Source of the DNA: Callorhinchus milii
Lineage: Eukaryota
Assembly: GCF_018977255.1 (NCBI RefSeq)
Contig: NW_024704742.1
Coordinates: 97,776,001-97,840,000 of the forward strand
Direction of reading: 5' to 3'
Length of the DNA stretch: 64,000 bases
The notes beneath the pieces were generated by a model. The model saw nothing but the letters and a program-made list of their open reading frames with translations. It was not told where the DNA came from and did not search any database. This document shows, one piece after another, positions 60,901-64,000 of the stretch (positions are counted from its first letter, which is position 1; every line of letters begins with the position of its first letter). The translations under genes and the position numbers were made by a program.

Positions 60901-62155
60901 AACCAAGAAACTTGGAACATTAGAATAAGGCTAATTCACTGCTCATTTATCTGGGAAATATACATGTTTTTTTCGTGGTGAGAAGCAAATGCAGCCTCGT
61001 GACACATAGACAAACTTGATAACTCACCAAGATATTTCAGATTATGGAAGATACAAGTCTCAGGCTCTCAAGCATTCTTCTATGGATTTTTGAGGGCAAA
61101 CAGAATGGTACAGCCCAGGACAGCCAAACTAGCTTTCAAAGTATTCTAATAGAAAAAAATTGGGCCCCATTTTGTGTAAGCTTAGTGTCTGTTTCCCACA
61201 TTTATTTGAAACTAGAATTCCCTTCAACAGACAAATAATGACATATACACACACCTTTAATATCAAACTCATTAGAGCAAGCTAACCACAATCACTCAGT
61301 TTGGCTGGCAAGCCATCAACCCAATTTTTGGATGCGTTGCAGAATTAACAGAACTCCAAAACACGGAGAACCAAATAGCAGAGAACTGAAAATATTCCTC
61401 GTCTTGCCACCTGTAGAGATGCCTTTTGTACCAGGTGTTAGAGGGTGAAAAGGAAAAAAAAATTGCAGTTAGTTCGAGAAATTTAATGCTAGGGTCATGT
61501 GTGGATCAAACCAGATTCAGGTTAGTTTCTACAGAAATGTTCTCTTTCTCTACAAGGTCAACTGCACTGCAATGGACCTTTAACCCAATTATCTTGCTTT
61601 TCTCAGAAACCCTAGTCTTAGGCAACAATTTCTTATCTTGTAAAGATACCGTAGATTTGGCTGTGTGTGACTTAATGAGTTGGCTTAGGCAAGATCAAGG
61701 TGCACAAGACTTTGCTTTCCCCCTCCTCCAACTCAAAGTTACATTCCAGGATTGTGAAAAGCAGGCCACAGTCATATTTGACTGTGGAAAGAAAAGAGCA
61801 GTTTACAGTAGTCTGAAAGGGACCACTTCTTTTACTTTGTAAGTCATGTGATTAGATAAATATATTCATCAGTTCAAATCCAGTCTTACATCTTAAGGGA
61901 AAGTGTGGTATGGGGGTGGGGGGGTGGGGAGAGAAAGAGTTAAGTAAAAATACTATCTTCACATCAATTGTTCCTAGGAATTATGGTGCTGCAACTTGTT
62001 GCCTACATGAAGTCACCTTTACTGTTTGTACAGTAAACTATGGATAATTCAACACTCAGAGGGAAAAAGGCTTAGTGATGAGTCACCAGATATGACGAGT
62101 TAGGCATAGATCCTCTGACTACAAGGCGTGCTATGAATACATACTGAATGTATGA

Positions 62156-62715
62156 ACAACAACAATAAAATTACATTTGTAAAGCGCCTTTCACGTCGGG
62201 AGGATGTCCTAAGGCACTGGACAGACAGAATTCCGGACGCAAGCTGGGGGCGGGGTGGGGAAGGGTGGAGGGCGGGCGGGAAGCAGGGAGATCAAAAGTA
62301 TGGTTGAAGAGGAGGACCTTGAGATGAGTCTTGAACGTGGCAAGGGAGGGGGTGAGGCGGAGGAACTGTGGGATGGAGTTCCAGAGGGTGTGGGCAGAAT
62401 GGCGGAATAGCCTGCCAATAATGGGGCGAGCAAGGCAGGGAACATGAAGCAGGCCGGAGCCCGCTGAGCAGAGAGAGTGACCAGGATAGTAGGGGGTTAG
62501 GAGGTCACAGAGGTAGGGGGGAGCAAGACTGTGGAGGGCTTTGAAGGTGAGGACCAGGATCTTGAACTGTATCCTCCGTGTGATGGGAAGCCAGTAGAGT
62601 TGGGCAAGGATGGGGATGATAGGGCCGTGGAACCTAGTGCAGGAGAGGACACGGGCTGCAGAGTTCTGGATGATCTGCAGCCTATGGGGGAAGGAGTGGG
62701 GAGGCCGACAAGCAA
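62156..62715 (-). mobile_element. L2 3' fragment
   Basis: Tail AAAGCGCCTTTCACGTCGGGAGGATGTCC; body collinear with 41099-41680. Confidence 0.88.
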
Positions 62716-62974
62716 TCAGTCAAACACACACTGCACTTGTGCAGAGCACGCAGCTATCACTGTGACGGACCAACCCTGGTCCCCACGACTATCAGTTTAT
62801 TTGTTAAAACTTCTTTAAGTATAAATTGATTTATTAAAACTTATGCTATCAGGCCTCTCAATCTAGCACCTGCTCGCTCCCAGAGACACTTCATCCAAAC
62901 TTCAACACCCAACCTCCACCAAGTCACAGGATAGGGCAGGACACCACTGCAATGCAAGGTGCCATTCATACTAC

Positions 62975-63530
62975 AACTATAATTTGTATTTATATGGCGC
63001 CCTTCATGCAGGATAGTGTCTTGGAGAGCTTAACAATGGCAGACCCTGACACAGAGCCGGGGGAGGGAGGAGGTGACCGTAAGCCTGGTTGAAGAGGAAG
63101 ATCTTCCATAGTGATCTGAAAAGGGGAGCAAGTTGGAGGAAGAGAGTTCCAAAGATTCAGGCCTTAGGGGTTGAAAGCATAGTGGTCAATAGTGTAGCAG
63201 ATGGAATGCCGCAAGCGAAGGCCAGAGCCATCTGAACAAAGCCAGTGGATTGGAGAGTGAGCATGTTGGAGCGGTAGGAAGGTGCCAGTGTGTGAAGGGA
63301 TTTGTAGACAAGCGTGAGGATCTTGAAGTTGATCCTTTCTGGAATACGGAGCCAGCGGAGCCTGGAAAGGACTGGTGTGATGGATGTACGAGTTTACAGC
63401 AGAGTGATGGAAGTTTGGATTATTTGGATTTTGTGGATAGTGGAGCAGGGTATACCGGTGAGGATGGCGTTGGGAAAAATCGAGGCAGGAGGTAACAGTG
63501 AGTTCTGAGCTACAGGACGAGTTATCCAAT
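62975..63530 (-). mobile_element. Older L2 subfamily fragment
   Basis: NAILTGIPCSTIHKIQIIQ; GAGGATCTTGAAGTTGATCC; tail GCCCTTCATGCAGGATAG shared with about 220-250 and 53520-53560. Confidence 0.78.
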
Positions 63531-64000
63531 CAATTTTACATTGCAAGTATCTTAGATGAATTTCTAGAATGAGACAAATTAAGTGTAAAGTGATGGCCCT
63601 TATTAATATTTTGCATGGGAAGCAGTTGGGATATTGATAGCACAACAACTTAAGTAATAGTGACGAGTTAAGCCAGGGTTAAGTTGTCTGGAGTTTACTG
63701 TATTTCAAAAGTAAACAGAAAACTATATTCTGGGTCTTGTGTTTTTCTCCCCTAAAAGATTTGTAAATAGCAAGTCCTGCAGAGGTACCTGGAGGATTTG
63801 CCTCAGGTGGTCTGTCTGAAACTCTCCTTAGAAACCAAACTCAGTTTCAACTTCCACGAAGCTGGCCTGCAGCCAAAGGAGTTCCTGGTACCTGGCATGC
63901 GATCATTGACCAAAAAGAGGGCCAACCTGGGGGATCTGACGTTTACAATTCCTCTGGCGAATATCATAAATTAGAACAGGCTGCTTATTTGTGGTTTTGG

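Noticed and set aside
60430..60906. Ser/Leu-rich ORFs
   Set aside because: Artefacts of the (GA)n purine-rich low-complexity tract.
55217..64000. PCSK5 exon 2 (and exon 10 in 1-6970)
   Set aside because: No matching coding sequence found by eye; probably outside the window, though a miss is possible.

Overview
Vertebrate genomic DNA. The repeat content (L2-clade LINEs, shark-type CR1 LINEs, Deu-domain tRNA-SINEs) points to a cartilaginous fish, possibly a chimaera; the species assignment is inference. The window lies inside one minus-strand gene, proprotein convertase PCSK5 (PC5/6). Seven coding exons were read directly, all with GT-AG boundaries and consistent phases: 55103-55216, 53269-53412, 51035-51111, 28108-28196, 23271-23443, 10095-10307 and 6971-7071, 911 nt in total, equivalent to mammalian exons 3-9. 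They encode the RIKR prodomain cleavage site, the Asp/His/Ser catalytic triad and the oxyanion Asn. The rest is intron packed with nested non-LTR retroposons. Most unusual observations: (1) a 111-bp decayed copy of the middle of exon 8 inserted into a palindromic (CA)(TA)/(TA)(TG) microsatellite 180 bp from the exon; (2) two L2 copies 40 kb apart truncated at the same nucleotide within a small hairpin, and a third with a perfect 25-bp fold-back at that site; (3) a young SINE subfamily whose 3' stem-loop is 35/36 identical to the young L2 tail while older copies carry other loops; (4) a 77-nt pre-miRNA-sized hairpin formed from a CR1 relic; (5) an unexplained run of four hairpins in intron 4. 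No prokaryote-type system, CRISPR array or intact autonomous element is supported. Repeat boundaries were set by eye and are approximate unless stated.
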